Counted from the first letter of the stretch, positions 38,447-49,154 are shown. The stretch: DNA of 64,000 bases from Candidatus Latescibacterota bacterium (GCA_965219455.1 OZ244744.1:5696001-5760000), one strand, 5' to 3'. A program made the numbers and translations. The notes: generated by a model not told the origin, from the letters alone.

Positions 38447-39913
38447 ATGAGCGAAGAAGTTCAGGAAATCGAAGAACTGGCGACCAGAGAATACAAATAC
38501 GGGTTCATAACGGACATCGAACAGGACGCCGCGCCCCCGGGTCTGAATGAAGATATTATCGCCTTCATTTCCGAGAAGAAGAGCGAACCCGACTGGCTCT
38601 TGCAATGGCGCCTTAAAGCCTATCGCAACTGGCTCAAAATGGATGATCCGACCCGTCGCAAGCGAAGCCGGCAATGGGCCATGGTCGACTATCCGGATAT
38701 CGACTATCAAAAAATCATCTATTACTCGGCGCCCAGGAATGCGGAGACACTGCAGAGCCTCGACGAGGTCGACCCCGAAATCCTCCGTACATACGAAAAA
38801 TTGGGCATCCCCCTTGAGGAGCAGAAAATACTTTCCGGCGTCGCGGTCGACGCCGTTTTCGACAGCGTTTCCGTGGCCACGACCTTTAAGGACAAGCTTT
38901 CGGAGGTGGGCATCATTTTCTGCTCGTTCTCGGAAGCCGTGCAAGAGCACCCCGACCTGGTAAAGAAATACCTCGGTTCGGTCGTGCCTTACAATGACAA
39001 TTTCTTCGCCGCACTCAACTCCGCGGTCTTTACGGACGGCTCCTTCTGCTACATCCCCCGGGGCGTGCGATGCCCCATGGAACTGTCCACTTACTTCCGC
39101 ATCAACGCGGCCAACACAGGCCAGTTCGAACGGACGCTCATCGTCGCTGAGAAAGGGGCTTACGTATCGTATCTCGAAGGCTGCACGGCCCCCAAGAGAG
39201 ACGAGAATCAGCTCCACGCCGCCGTTGTGGAATTGGTTGCCCTCGACGACGCGCAGATCAAATACTCGACCGTGCAGAACTGGTATCCAGGCGACGAAAA
39301 CGGCGTGGGCGGCGTCTACAACTTTGTCACCAAACGCGGCGCCTGCCGCGGCGTCAACGCCAAGATCTCCTGGACGCAGGTTGAAACCGGATCGGCAATC
39401 ACGTGGAAATATCCCAGTTGCATTCTCCAGGGCGACAACTCCATCGGAGAATTCTACTCCGTGGCCCTTACCAGCGGGCGGCAGCAGGCCGATACGGGCA
39501 CCAAAATGATCCATCTCGGCAAAAACACCCGCAGCATTATCGTATCGAAAGGCATCTCCGCGAAGAACGGGCAGAACACCTATCGGGGCCGCGTGCAGGT
39601 CCTGAAGGGTGCAACGAACGCCCGGAACTTCACCCAATGCGACTCCATGCTCATCGGCGACCGTTGCGGGGCCCACACCTTCCCGTACATCGACGTGAGA
39701 AACACCACCTCCCAGGTAGAGCACGAAGCCTCCACATCAAAGATCGGTGAAGATCAGATATTCTATTGCAACCAGCGGGGCATCTCCACCGAAGACGCCG
39801 TGTCCATGATAGTCAACGGATTTTGCAGGGAGGTGCTGGCCGAACTCCCTATGGAATTCGCCGTCGAAGCGCAGAAGCTGCTTGGCATCAGCCTGGAAGG
39901 CAGCGTCGGATGA
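38447..39913 (+). CDS. sufB: Fe-S cluster assembly protein SufB
   Basis: [29 protein letters not shown] and terminal LEGSVG motifs. Confidence 0.97.
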   Translation: MSEEVQEIEELATREYKYGFITDIEQDAAPPGLNEDIIAFISEKKSEPDWLLQWRLKAYRNWLKMDDPTRRKRSRQWAMVDYPDIDYQKIIYYSAPRNAETLQSLDEVDPEILRTYEKLGIPLEEQKILSGVAVDAVFDSVSVATTFKDKLSEVGIIFCSFSEAVQEHPDLVKKYLGSVVPYNDNFFAALNSAVFTDGSFCYIPRGVRCPMELSTYFRINAANTGQFERTLIVAEKGAYVSYLEGCTAPKRDENQLHAAVVELVALDDAQIKYSTVQNWYPGDENGVGGVYNFVTKRGACRGVNAKISWTQVETGSAITWKYPSCILQGDNSIGEFYSVALTSGRQQADTGTKMIHLGKNTRSIIVSKGISAKNGQNTYRGRVQVLKGATNARNFTQCDSMLIGDRCGAHTFPYIDVRNTTSQVEHEASTSKIGEDQIFYCNQRGISTEDAVSMIVNGFCREVLAELPMEFAVEAQKLLGISLEGSVG

Positions 39914-40049
39914 AACGGATGAACGAACTCGCTCTGACAACGCAGAGCATCTGAGAACACGTCGAAGGCTTTGCTAGTGGCCCGAAGTTACCCCCTGTCA
40001 CACCGGGTTTCACGACTGCAACAAAAACAGTTTTCCAAAAGGAACACGC

Positions 40050-40823
40050 ATGCTTGAAATCAAAGACCTCCGCGCAAGCGTCGACGGCATCGGCATCCTT
40101 TCCGGCATCGACCTGAAAATCGACGCGGGCGAAGTCCACGCCATTATGGGTCCCAACGGGTCCGGTAAGAGCACCCTCGCCCAGGTATTGGCCGGGCAGG
40201 AAGAATACGAAGTGACCCAGGGTGAAGTTCACTACGAAGGCGAAGACCTGTTGGAGTTGGATCCGGAAGAACGCGCCCATGCCGGCGTATTCATGGCCTT
40301 TCAATACCCGGTGGAAATTCCCGGCGTCAACAGCGCCTATTTTCTCCGGACAGCACTCAACGAACTCCGCAAGGCACGCGGCCAGGATGAACTCGATGCC
40401 ATGGATTTTCTAGTCCTCTCCAAGGAGAAGCTCAAACTGGTGGAAATGGATGAATCCTTTCTCAATCGGGCGGTCAACGAGGGCTTCTCCGGTGGCGAAA
40501 AAAAGCGAAACGAAATTTTCCAGATGGCAATGCTCGAACCCAGGCTGGCCATCATGGACGAAACGGACTCCGGATTGGATATCGACGCCCTGAAAATCGT
40601 GGCCAACGGCGTGAATGCGCTCCGCCAAAGAAACCCCGAAAGCGCAATCCTCTTGGTCACCCACTACCAGCGGCTGCTGAACTACATTGTACCGGATTTC
40701 GTACATGTCCTTCTGAATGGCCGGATTGTTAAATCGGGCGGCAAGGAACTCGCCCAGAAGCTGGAAGCTGAAGGCTACGATTGGATTCGCGAAGAGTCGA
40801 CGGCCCGATTCGCCAGCCCATAA
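40050..40823 (+). CDS. sufC: Fe-S assembly ATPase SufC
   Basis: [29 protein letters not shown] and DETDSGLD motifs. Confidence 0.97.
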   Translation: MLEIKDLRASVDGIGILSGIDLKIDAGEVHAIMGPNGSGKSTLAQVLAGQEEYEVTQGEVHYEGEDLLELDPEERAHAGVFMAFQYPVEIPGVNSAYFLRTALNELRKARGQDELDAMDFLVLSKEKLKLVEMDESFLNRAVNEGFSGGEKKRNEIFQMAMLEPRLAIMDETDSGLDIDALKIVANGVNALRQRNPESAILLVTHYQRLLNYIVPDFVHVLLNGRIVKSGGKELAQKLEAEGYDWIREESTARFASP

Positions 40824-40839
40824 AGGAGATCGCCTTACC

Positions 40840-42165
40840 ATGGGGATCAATGGCACGCACGCCTATCTGTCGGCGTTTGCTACATTTGAAGAAAGCCTGA
40901 ACGGGCGGTCCGGCTCGCCCCTGCACGCACTTCGCAAGTCGGCAATCGGACGATTCGAGGAACTCGGATTTCCGGGCAGGAGGGACGAAGCCTGGTTTCA
41001 CACAAATGTCGCACCGCTTGTCCGTACTCCGTTTCGCACAACGACGGCAAAGGACGCACATCAGGTCTGGAACACGGAAGACGCCATCCGGAAACTGGCT
41101 GCGACACGCCTGGTTTTCGTCAATGGGTTCTACAGCGCTGAAAATTCCCGCACCGGGAACCTCTCTAACGGCGTGCGGGCGTGCAGTCTTTCCGAATTGA
41201 TGGCCTCCGAACCCGGATGGGTGGAACGCCATATCGCGCGGCACGCCGCCTACAAGGAGCACGCCTTCGTCGCGCTCAACACCGCATTTCTGCAGGATGG
41301 CGCCTTTATATATATCCCTCGAGGCACCGCTGTAGAATCTCCCATTCACGTTGTGTTTAATTCAACACCTTCAGGCGCCCCTTCCATCTCACACCCCCGC
41401 ACGCTTGTCCTGGCTGAAGAAAACAGCCAGGCCACGATTGTCGAAACATATACGGGCGGCGGGACCTATTTCACAAACGCGGTCACCGAAGTCATCGCGG
41501 ACGACGGTGCGGTGGTGGACCACTACAAACTGGAACTCGAGAGCCCGGACGCGTTTCATATCGCCACCATGCAAAGCCGTCAGGGCGCCCGGAGCAATCT
41601 GTCCACGCACGCCATTTCTCTCGGCGGAAAATTGGTGCGCAACGAAGTCAACGCGTTGCTGGCCGGTGAAGAAGGTGAAGCCACGGTCAACGGCTTCTAT
41701 CTGACCGACTGCGAGCAGCATATCGACAACCATACCCTGATCGAACACGCCGAACCGAATTGCAACAGCCACGAACTCTACAAGGGAATACTCGGAGGCA
41801 GATCCAGCGGCGTGTTTCGCGGCAAGATACACGTCCACCGGAAGGCTCAGGAGACCGACGCCTACCAGAGCAACCAGAGCCTGCTCATTTCCGAAAACGC
41901 CGGCATCAATACAAAGCCCCAACTCGAAATCTACGCCGATCAGGTCAAGTGCTCCCACGGCGCAACAATTGGTCAACTCGATCAGAACGCGGTCTTTTAC
42001 CTGCGCTCGCGCGGGTTGCGTCTCCCGACCGCACAGCGCATCCTGGCACATGCGTTCGCGGTCGACATCCTGAACAGAATCAAACCCGATTCGGTTCGGA
42101 ACTATCTCGAACGGATTGTAATGGATAAATTCGAACGGGCGCAAGGCGCCGGGAACATGCCATGA
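40840..42165 (+). CDS. sufD: Fe-S assembly protein SufD
   Basis: KPQLEIYADQVKCSHGATIG and FYLRSRG motifs; AAGGAG RBS. Confidence 0.95.
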   Translation: MGINGTHAYLSAFATFEESLNGRSGSPLHALRKSAIGRFEELGFPGRRDEAWFHTNVAPLVRTPFRTTTAKDAHQVWNTEDAIRKLAATRLVFVNGFYSAENSRTGNLSNGVRACSLSELMASEPGWVERHIARHAAYKEHAFVALNTAFLQDGAFIYIPRGTAVESPIHVVFNSTPSGAPSISHPRTLVLAEENSQATIVETYTGGGTYFTNAVTEVIADDGAVVDHYKLELESPDAFHIATMQSRQGARSNLSTHAISLGGKLVRNEVNALLAGEEGEATVNGFYLTDCEQHIDNHTLIEHAEPNCNSHELYKGILGGRSSGVFRGKIHVHRKAQETDAYQSNQSLLISENAGINTKPQLEIYADQVKCSHGATIGQLDQNAVFYLRSRGLRLPTAQRILAHAFAVDILNRIKPDSVRNYLERIVMDKFERAQGAGNMP

Positions 42166-43442
42166 GCCTTGCGGCGCATCCCCTCGCCGAGCGGCTTTCC
42201 TGCCCGCTCATCGAACGCACGGGGCCTTTCGATCCCTACCATATCCGGCGGGATTTTCCGGTTCTAAGCCAATCCATTCGGGGCAAACCGCTGGTTTACC
42301 TCGACAACGCCGCGACAACCCAGAAGCCCAGGGATGTACTGGACGTCCTTGAAGTCTTTTACGAGGCGGCGAATGCCAACGTGCATCGGGGGGTTCATCA
42401 TCTCAGCCAGATCGCAACGGATTCCTACGAGGGCGCACGCAGCAAGATCCGTCAGTTTCTGAATGCCTCCCACGACCGTGAAATCATCTTCACCAGCGGC
42501 ACGACGGACAGCATCAATCTGGTTGCCCAGACGTTCGGGCGTACGAACGTAGAAACAGGCGACGAGATCCTCGTTTCCACCATGGAGCACCACTCGAATA
42601 TCGTGCCCTGGCAGATGCTCTGCGAGGAAAAAGGCGCAAAACTGCGCGTAATTCCCATTAATGACCGGGGGGAGTTGCTGATCGACGAGGTTGAACGACG
42701 ACTGAACGAGCGTACGAAACTCGTGGCCGTCGTTCACGTATCGAACGTCCTCGGTACCCTCAATCCGGTTGCCGAAATCGTGAAAATGGCACACGAACGC
42801 GGTATCCCCGTCCTGCTGGACGGCGCACAGGCGGTCCCGCATTTCAAAGTGGACGTTCAGGCGTTAGGGTGCGACTTCTACGCCTTTTCGGGGCACAAGC
42901 TGTACGGTCCGACAGGCATTGGAGTACTTTACGGGAAAAGTGAACTGCTGGATTCGATGCCGCCATACAGGGGTGGCGGCGGCATGATTCGCGAGGTTTC
43001 GCTCGAAAAAACCACCTATGCCGCTCCACCGGCCCGTTTCGAAGCCGGCACACCCCATATTGCCGGTTGTATCGGCCTGGGCGCCGCCGTCGACTATTTG
43101 GACCGGATCGACATGGAATCGGCAGCCGCATACGAGAATGACCTGCTCGCCTATGCCACAGACGCCCTTTCCGAGATATCGGGTCTGCGAATCATCGGAA
43201 CGGCGGAAGAAAAAGTCAGCGTCATTTCCTTTGTTATGGATGGAGTACACCCGCATGACGTCGGCACCGTCGTTGATCAGCATGGCGTGGCGGTCCGCGC
43301 CGGACACCACTGCGCCCAACCCGTCATGAGGCATTTCAACATTCCCGCGACGACACGAGCGGCCACCGCGTTTTACAATACGCGGGAAGACATCGACATG
43401 CTCGTACGAGCGTTGCTCGCGGCCAATGAGGTTTTCCATTAA
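42162..43442 (+). CDS. sufS: Cysteine desulfurase SufS
   Basis: YLDNAATTQKP, SGHK PLP lysine and RAGHHCA motifs. Confidence 0.96.
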   Translation: MSLAAHPLAERLSCPLIERTGPFDPYHIRRDFPVLSQSIRGKPLVYLDNAATTQKPRDVLDVLEVFYEAANANVHRGVHHLSQIATDSYEGARSKIRQFLNASHDREIIFTSGTTDSINLVAQTFGRTNVETGDEILVSTMEHHSNIVPWQMLCEEKGAKLRVIPINDRGELLIDEVERRLNERTKLVAVVHVSNVLGTLNPVAEIVKMAHERGIPVLLDGAQAVPHFKVDVQALGCDFYAFSGHKLYGPTGIGVLYGKSELLDSMPPYRGGGGMIREVSLEKTTYAAPPARFEAGTPHIAGCIGLGAAVDYLDRIDMESAAAYENDLLAYATDALSEISGLRIIGTAEEKVSVISFVMDGVHPHDVGTVVDQHGVAVRAGHHCAQPVMRHFNIPATTRAATAFYNTREDIDMLVRALLAANEVFH

Positions 43443-43894
43443 TGTCCGACCTCCGAGAACTCTATCAACAGGTCATCCTGGACCACAATCGGAGTCCGCG
43501 AAACTTCCGGTCCATGTCCAACGCGGATTGTACATCCCAGGGGCACAACCCGTTGTGCGGCGATCATCTGAACCTCTACGTCAAACTCGACGGCGCCAGG
43601 ATAACAGATATCGCTTTTCAAGGCGCCGGATGCGCCATTTCCAAGGCTTCGGCTTCTCTGATGACCGACGCGGTCAAGGGACGGACCCTTCATGAAGCCC
43701 AATCGCTCTTCGGTAAGTTTCGCGACATGGTGACAAGCGACGTCTCTACCCAACCCGTCACCGACGGCATAGGCAAACTGGCCGTCTTTGCAGGCGTGAG
43801 AGAGTTCCCTGTGCGCATCAAATGTGCAACACTGGCTTGGCATACGCTCGTGGCTGCACTTGAAAACCGCGAATTTCCGGTGACCACCGAGTAG
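43442..43894 (+). CDS. sufU: SUF system sulfur-transfer protein SufU
   Basis: LYQQVILDH, NPLCGD, GCAIS.ASAS and RIKCA.LAW motifs. Confidence 0.95.
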   Translation: MSDLRELYQQVILDHNRSPRNFRSMSNADCTSQGHNPLCGDHLNLYVKLDGARITDIAFQGAGCAISKASASLMTDAVKGRTLHEAQSLFGKFRDMVTSDVSTQPVTDGIGKLAVFAGVREFPVRIKCATLAWHTLVAALENREFPVTTE

Positions 43895-43917
43895 GCATCC
43901 ATCGGGAGGAATCCATC

Positions 43918-44427
43918 TTGCTAGAGCGACTGTTAAACCGCCTGTACAGAAACGAAGAAGAAGATGCGCCGCGAAAGGACGTACCGAACGCCAACACGAC
44001 AGACGAGGCGAATCCCGTCGACACGAGCGCGCTGGAAGCGCACACCGCCATACGCCAGAAGGAAAAGCAAGAAATGGCCGAAGCGGGCGAGACCGCGGCC
44101 GAGTCCGACGATCCGATAGACACCGAAGTCGTCAGGGAGAACATTATCGCGGCCCATCGCACGGTCTTCGACCCGGAAATTCCGGTCAACATTTACGACA
44201 TCGGCCTCATTTACGAAATCAAAGTCGAACCCACCGGGATGACTTACGTCCAGATGACCCTGACCTCCCCCGCCTGTCCTGCCGCGGGAATCTTGCCCGG
44301 ACAGATAGAAAGCGCTACCCGCTCGGTTTCCGGTGTCCGAGACGTCAACCTGGATCTGACCTTCGACCCGCCGTGGAACCCGGAAATGATGTCCGAAGCC
44401 GCAAGACTCGAACTCGGGCTGCTTTAG
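43918..44427 (+). CDS. sufT: DUF59/SufT Fe-S maturation protein with acidic N-terminal extension
   Basis: DPEIPVNIYDIGLIY, MTLTSPACP and FDPPWNPEMMS motifs. Confidence 0.9.
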   Translation: MLERLLNRLYRNEEEDAPRKDVPNANTTDEANPVDTSALEAHTAIRQKEKQEMAEAGETAAESDDPIDTEVVRENIIAAHRTVFDPEIPVNIYDIGLIYEIKVEPTGMTYVQMTLTSPACPAAGILPGQIESATRSVSGVRDVNLDLTFDPPWNPEMMSEAARLELGLL

Positions 44428-44568
44428 TCGGATTCCATTTACAAGCCGGCAAATTCCCCCGTCGCGTACGCGGAGTTCGAATACGCAGTCTCTGGGGATC
44501 TGTGGAGCCGCTAACCGAACCGGTACAATAAACCAGACGTCCAACCCATCCAGGAATGCGATAGCTCC

Positions 44569-45048
44569 ATGAAATTGAGCGCTGGGGAAGAATACGGGCT
44601 TCGGTGCCTGCTTCAGATTGGCCGGCGGCAGAAAGAAACCGGCGGCGGCCTTTCCATACCGGAGATCAGCCAGATGGAAGGCCTCTCCATCCCCAATGTC
44701 GCAAAACTGATGCGCCTTCTGCGCCTGGGGGGATTCGTGGCGAGCGTTCGAGGTCAGTCCGGAGGGTATAGACTCGCGCAATCGTCCGATCTGATTGTTG
44801 TTGGCGACGTACTGGAGGCGCTCGGGGGTCGTCTGTTCAGTCCGGAATTCTGCGAAGAGCACGCTGGCCAGGAAGCACTGTGTACGCACTCCGTGGACTG
44901 TTCTATTCGGTCGCTTTGGTCCTCAGTGCAGTCCGTGATCGATCAGCTGCTGAGCCGAGTTACACTGGATGACCTGCTGGGAGAAGAACAGGCCATGGAT
45001 GCCTGTCTTCAGAACGTCACGGACGAGCTGATACAGGTCTCCGGTTAG
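44569..45048 (+). CDS. Rrf2-family (IscR/SufR-like) regulator with three Cys ligands
   Basis: EYGLRCL, VRGQSGGYRLA and FCEEH...LCTHSVDCSIRSLW motifs. Confidence 0.92.
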   Translation: MKLSAGEEYGLRCLLQIGRRQKETGGGLSIPEISQMEGLSIPNVAKLMRLLRLGGFVASVRGQSGGYRLAQSSDLIVVGDVLEALGGRLFSPEFCEEHAGQEALCTHSVDCSIRSLWSSVQSVIDQLLSRVTLDDLLGEEQAMDACLQNVTDELIQVSG

Positions 45049-45082
45049 CAGCCCGTCTGTGGCGCGCAGCGAACCGGATGAG

Positions 45083-45106
45083 TCGGCGGTGGCTTGCCGC
45101 CGCCGA
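45083..45106 (+). other. Stable intergenic hairpin (CUUG tetraloop) with no U-tract
   Basis: TCGGCGGTGGC-TT-GCCGCCGCCGA between rrf2 and the second nuoB. Confidence 0.5.
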
Positions 45107-45153
45107 TGCACAAACGCAGGCGACGAATCCAACCAAACTGTCAGAGGTGATCA

Positions 45154-45648
45154 ATGGGACTTGAGACGGGACTTGGCGACAACGTTATCACGACCACGCT
45201 GTCGAAAATGATTAACTGGGCGCGCAAGTCATCCCTCTGGCCAATGCCATTCGGCACGGCTTGCTGCGCCATCGAAATGATGGCCACGCTTTCCGGGCGC
45301 TTCGACATGGCTCGCTTCGGCGCGGAAGCTGTACGGTTCTCGCCACGTCAGTCCGATTTGCTCATTGTATCAGGCCGGATATCGATCAAGATGATGCCGG
45401 TACTCAAGAAGATATACGATCAGATGCCGGATCCAAAGTGGGTGATCTCGATGGGCGCCTGCGCATCGTCTGGGGGTGTTTTCAATACGTATACGCTGGT
45501 ACAGGGCGTCGATCAATTCCTGCCGGTCGATATCTACGTGCCCGGCTGTCCACCCCGACCCGAGGATCTGCTGTTTGCGCTGATGAAGATCCAGGAAAAA
45601 ATAGACCGGGAACATCCTGCAAAGCCAGCAGTGGCGCTTGAGTCCTGA
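45154..45648 (+). CDS. nuoB: Second, stand-alone NuoB paralogue inside the suf cluster
   Basis: [27 protein letters not shown] and [10 protein letters not shown] motifs; GAGGTG RBS. Confidence 0.93.
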   Translation: MGLETGLGDNVITTTLSKMINWARKSSLWPMPFGTACCAIEMMATLSGRFDMARFGAEAVRFSPRQSDLLIVSGRISIKMMPVLKKIYDQMPDPKWVISMGACASSGGVFNTYTLVQGVDQFLPVDIYVPGCPPRPEDLLFALMKIQEKIDREHPAKPAVALES

Positions 45649-45688
45649 CCGCCCTGGCAACGCACATCTCTCTAGGGGGAAGGTCGAT

Positions 45689-46273
45689 ATGAACATTACC
45701 GTAACCGAAGCCGCGCAGAAGGAGGTTGTCAACCTGATCCGGAATCAGGAGTCGGCCATCGTTGGCGTTCGTGTCAAGGCAGAGGCTGTATCGCCTCTGC
45801 AGGCCAACTACCGACTCGCTTTTGTCGCCAGTGGACAGGAAGACGAAGAAGACGACGTCACCCCGTTCGATGGGTTCAATGTCTACATAGACACGGAAAG
45901 CGCCCCGTATGCCCAGGACATCATCCTGGACTTTGTGGACGGCCTGATGGGTAGAGGTTTCAAGATAGAAAACCCCAACAAGGTACCCCCTCACCTGAAA
46001 GGCACCACTGCCGAGAAGATCCAGAACATCATCGACGAGAAGATCAACCCCAGCGTGGCCATGCACGGCGGACATATCTCACTGATCGACGTAAGAGACA
46101 ACAAGGCATACATCCAGTTCGGGGGCGGATGCCAGGGTTGCGGCATGGTGGACGTGACGCTCAAGCAGGGGGTCGAAGTCCTCATCAAGGAGGGCGTGCC
46201 CGAAGTCGAAGAAATCCTCGACGTGACCGAACACGCGGATGGCTCAAACCCCTACTACCAGCCCTCGAAATAA
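45689..46273 (+). CDS. nfuA: NfuA-type Fe-S carrier (degenerate A-type domain plus Nfu domain)
   Basis: ITVTEAA, GFKIENPN, INP.VAMHGG and GGGCQGCG motifs. Confidence 0.9.
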   Translation: MNITVTEAAQKEVVNLIRNQESAIVGVRVKAEAVSPLQANYRLAFVASGQEDEEDDVTPFDGFNVYIDTESAPYAQDIILDFVDGLMGRGFKIENPNKVPPHLKGTTAEKIQNIIDEKINPSVAMHGGHISLIDVRDNKAYIQFGGGCQGCGMVDVTLKQGVEVLIKEGVPEVEEILDVTEHADGSNPYYQPSK

Positions 46274-46349
46274 CAAGAGTATACACCAATCGGCAGACTT
46301 CCGGGGGGTGCCCCCGTGTCTGCCGTATTGTTTTCAGGACAAACAACCG

Positions 46350-47777
46350 TTGCCTACCATCTCCCGATCGCGTCCGTTCAAAGTCGTGCTGGTGTCCACC
46401 TACGAATTGGGTCGTCAGCCGTTCGGTCTGGCCTCGCCGGCCGGATGGCTACGTAGAGCTGGTTTCGACGTTGTCCAAGCGGACGTTTCAATAGACGACT
46501 TTCCTGACAAAGCCGCTCGCGACGCCGATCTGGTGGCATTTTACGTGCCCATGCATACCGCGACGCGGCTTGCCGTACCGCTTGCCTTAAGAACCCGCGA
46601 ACAGAATGCCGACGCTCACCTGTGTTTCTATGGGCTTTACGCTTCCGTTAACGAATCCTTCCTGCGAAGCCTGGGCGCACAGACCATACTCGGCGGTGAA
46701 TTCGAAAACGGACTGCTTCAACTCTGCAACCGCCTCCGGGGGACTTCAGGCACTACGGGAAACCAGGACGAAACCGTCGTTTCCCTCGACAGACAGCGGT
46801 TTCTTCCGCCCGACAGGACAGGCCTTCCGGACCTGTCCCTTTACGCGCGACTATCCACGGGTGACGGGCATCTGAAAACCGTCGGCTATACAGAGGCCAG
46901 CCGAGGCTGCAAACACCTCTGTCGCCACTGCCCCGTCGTACCCGTGTACGGGGGCAGATTCCGGATCGTGCAACCGGAGATTGTGCTGGACGACATCGTG
47001 AAACAGGTTGCAGCGGGGGCCGGTCATATCACGTTTGGTGATCCGGACTTCTTCAACGGCATCGGCCACGCAATGCCACTTGTCGAAAAGCTCCACGCGG
47101 AATTTCCCGACGTGACCTACGACATCACCGTCAAGATCGAACATCTGCTGAGGTATAGTCGCTATCTGACCGTCCTCAGAGATACCGGGTGCGCACTTGT
47201 CACGACTGCCGTAGAGTCTCTCGACGACCGCGTCCTCACGCTGTTGGACAAGGGCCATACGGTCGCCGACTTTTTCGAGGTCGTACACCTCTTCCGAAGA
47301 CACGGACTCGTCATGAATCCGACGTTTATCCCGTTTACGCCCTGGATCACCGTGGCGGGGTATGCCGGCTTCCTGGACACCCTCGCCGACCTGAACCTGA
47401 TCGAGCATGTCTCCCCCGTTCAACTCACCATCCGGCTGCTCATCCCCAGGGGATCAAAGCTTCTGGACCTTGCCCAGGTTCGCGACTCGGTGGGTCCGTT
47501 CACACCCGAAGCCCTGTCTTACCCGTGGGCGCATCCGGACGTCCGTTTGGACCGTCTCCAACGCGAACTTACCCGGTTGGTCACCCGGTGTCAGAATCGG
47601 GACGCCACCCGACGAGAGATCTTCCACGGAATCCGGTCGTATGTCCACGGCCTGATAGGCCGCCCGGCCCCAGTGACAGATTCCGACGCGGACTCGACCC
47701 GCCAATCCCTTCCCCGCCTGACCGAGCCGTGGTATTGCTGAGCGGAGCCAACCGAAGAGCAGTTCGCTCTTGTCTAA
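46350..47777 (+). CDS. CUAEP-tail radical SAM selenoprotein with N-terminal B12-binding-like domain; TGA 47739-47741 read as Sec; start uncertain
   Basis: STYELGRQP N-terminus and ASRGCKHLCRHCP (CxxxCxxC). Readthrough gives PRLTEPWYC-U-AEPTEEQFALV then TAA, the family tail. A SECIS-like hairpin follows the TGA. Confidence 0.9.
47742..47771 (+). promoter_or_regulatory. Candidate bacterial SECIS element
   Basis: 13 nt after the UGA lies stem AAGAGC/GCUCUU (47755-47771) with loop AGUUC (G at position 2, then U). Confidence 0.75.
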
Positions 47778-47848
47778 TCGGAAGAACCTCGTAGAAAGAA
47801 TGACCTGGACACACCGGTCTCGGTCCCACCGGATTGCATGTGACTTTT

Positions 47849-49078
47849 TCATCCCTCAATCACAACTGCGATCCGGCCGTTTGCCTCGCGAAGGGCCGCT
47901 TCCGCCGCCTCGGGTGTCTTCTCGCGTACGAGGATGAACCCCAGATACCGGTCTCCCTCGGGCAGCGGTTGTACGGACTGACCCGGAGCAATGGTTATCA
48001 TGACGTCGATAATTCCAGGCACACGCCGTGCACGTGTGATCCCCCGAACGCACCGCAGAATCCCCGGCTTCGACACCGGCAGCATCAAAACGCCGGCCGC
48101 GGTGTTTTCCCTCCGTAAATCGCCAGGAGCGCGCCCCGTTGCCTGGCGTAGAATCAGTTCCTCCAACGACCTGCCGGTGCCAAAACGCAATACGCGCGAA
48201 CACAGCCCGCCGATGGACCGCGCTGCGATTTCAACCACGTAGATGCCCCGCGTGTTCAGCCGAAGCTCGGCATGTACGGGACCCACGGTCAATCCCAGGG
48301 CACGCGCGGCCTTCTGCGCGGTCTCACGGACCTGCGCCTGCAGGCATTCGGACAGCCGGGAGGGCGTTATGTACAGCGTCTCGGCAAAATACGGCCCACG
48401 CAGCGGATCCGGTTTGTCGAACAAGGCGAGGGTCTGCAACTCTCCCTCAACAAGCAATCCCTCCAGCGCCACCTCCCGGCCGGGAATGTAGTCCTCCACC
48501 AGAATACAATCTCCGCCTTCGGGCAGTTTGCGCGCAGATTCCGAAATCAACCCCAGAATCCGGTGGAAAGCAGTCACGAAATCCACTTTTTTATCTGCCC
48601 GAATCACACCGCGGCTGGCAGACAGAAACACGGGCTTCAGTACGCACGGATAGTCCACCATCGCGGCGGCGGCTTCCGGTTCTTCCGAAACTAAAAAAAG
48701 CCTGAACCCCGGCGAGGGCAGGCCTTTTCCAGCAAGCATCTGGCGCATTACGTGTTTGTACCGGGACGCCCGGACGGACTTGACCGAATTGTGCGGAAGT
48801 CCGAGTGCGCTGCAGGCCATCGCGGCGAGCACGACGGTCTCATCGTCCACTCCCACCACCGACCGGACGGGGTACGCCTTCGCAAACGCGACAATCTTCT
48901 CGACCGAGGCTGCCGGCTTTGCAAAATCCAACGCCAGCGTATTTCCCGGTGTCTGACTCGCCAGCGCCTGGCGGCGGTCGGACCCCACGACCACGGCCAC
49001 ATCGAGCGTCGCCGCTGCGGCCATAAAATCTTGAGTGCGATAGGACGTTGTCGGAATAAGTAGCAGAAGCCGGTTCAT
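47849..49078 (-). CDS. ATP-grasp domain ligase (L-amino acid ligase-like)
   Basis: YPCVLKP..LSASRGV, LVEDYIPG.E and HAELR...VEIAAR.IGG motifs. Confidence 0.88.
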   Translation of the reverse strand: MNRLLLLIPTTSYRTQDFMAAAATLDVAVVVGSDRRQALASQTPGNTLALDFAKPAASVEKIVAFAKAYPVRSVVGVDDETVVLAAMACSALGLPHNSVKSVRASRYKHVMRQMLAGKGLPSPGFRLFLVSEEPEAAAAMVDYPCVLKPVFLSASRGVIRADKKVDFVTAFHRILGLISESARKLPEGGDCILVEDYIPGREVALEGLLVEGELQTLALFDKPDPLRGPYFAETLYITPSRLSECLQAQVRETAQKAARALGLTVGPVHAELRLNTRGIYVVEIAARSIGGLCSRVLRFGTGRSLEELILRQATGRAPGDLRRENTAAGVLMLPVSKPGILRCVRGITRARRVPGIIDVMITIAPGQSVQPLPEGDRYLGFILVREKTPEAAEAALREANGRIAVVIEG

Positions 49079-49091
49079 GGCCGCCCCGGCC

Positions 49092-49154
49092 TAACAGCCC
49101 GTTAAAAAGTCCATCCGGCCTCGCCTGCAGAGCAACTTTATCAACGGACCGCTA
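49092..49154. repeat. Degenerate inverted-repeat element (possible MITE/IS remnant)
   Basis: Left end TAACAGCCCGTTAAAAAGT; right end reverse-complements to TAGCGGTCCGTTGATAAAGT. Confidence 0.4.

Noticed and set aside
38372-39724. 450-aa antisense ORF over sufB; similar long shadows at 43933-44889, 50486-51535, 54296-55966, 60328-61332 and 62172-63395
   Set aside because: Each lies opposite a well-supported gene, has no recognisable motif, and is expected from GC-rich codon bias.
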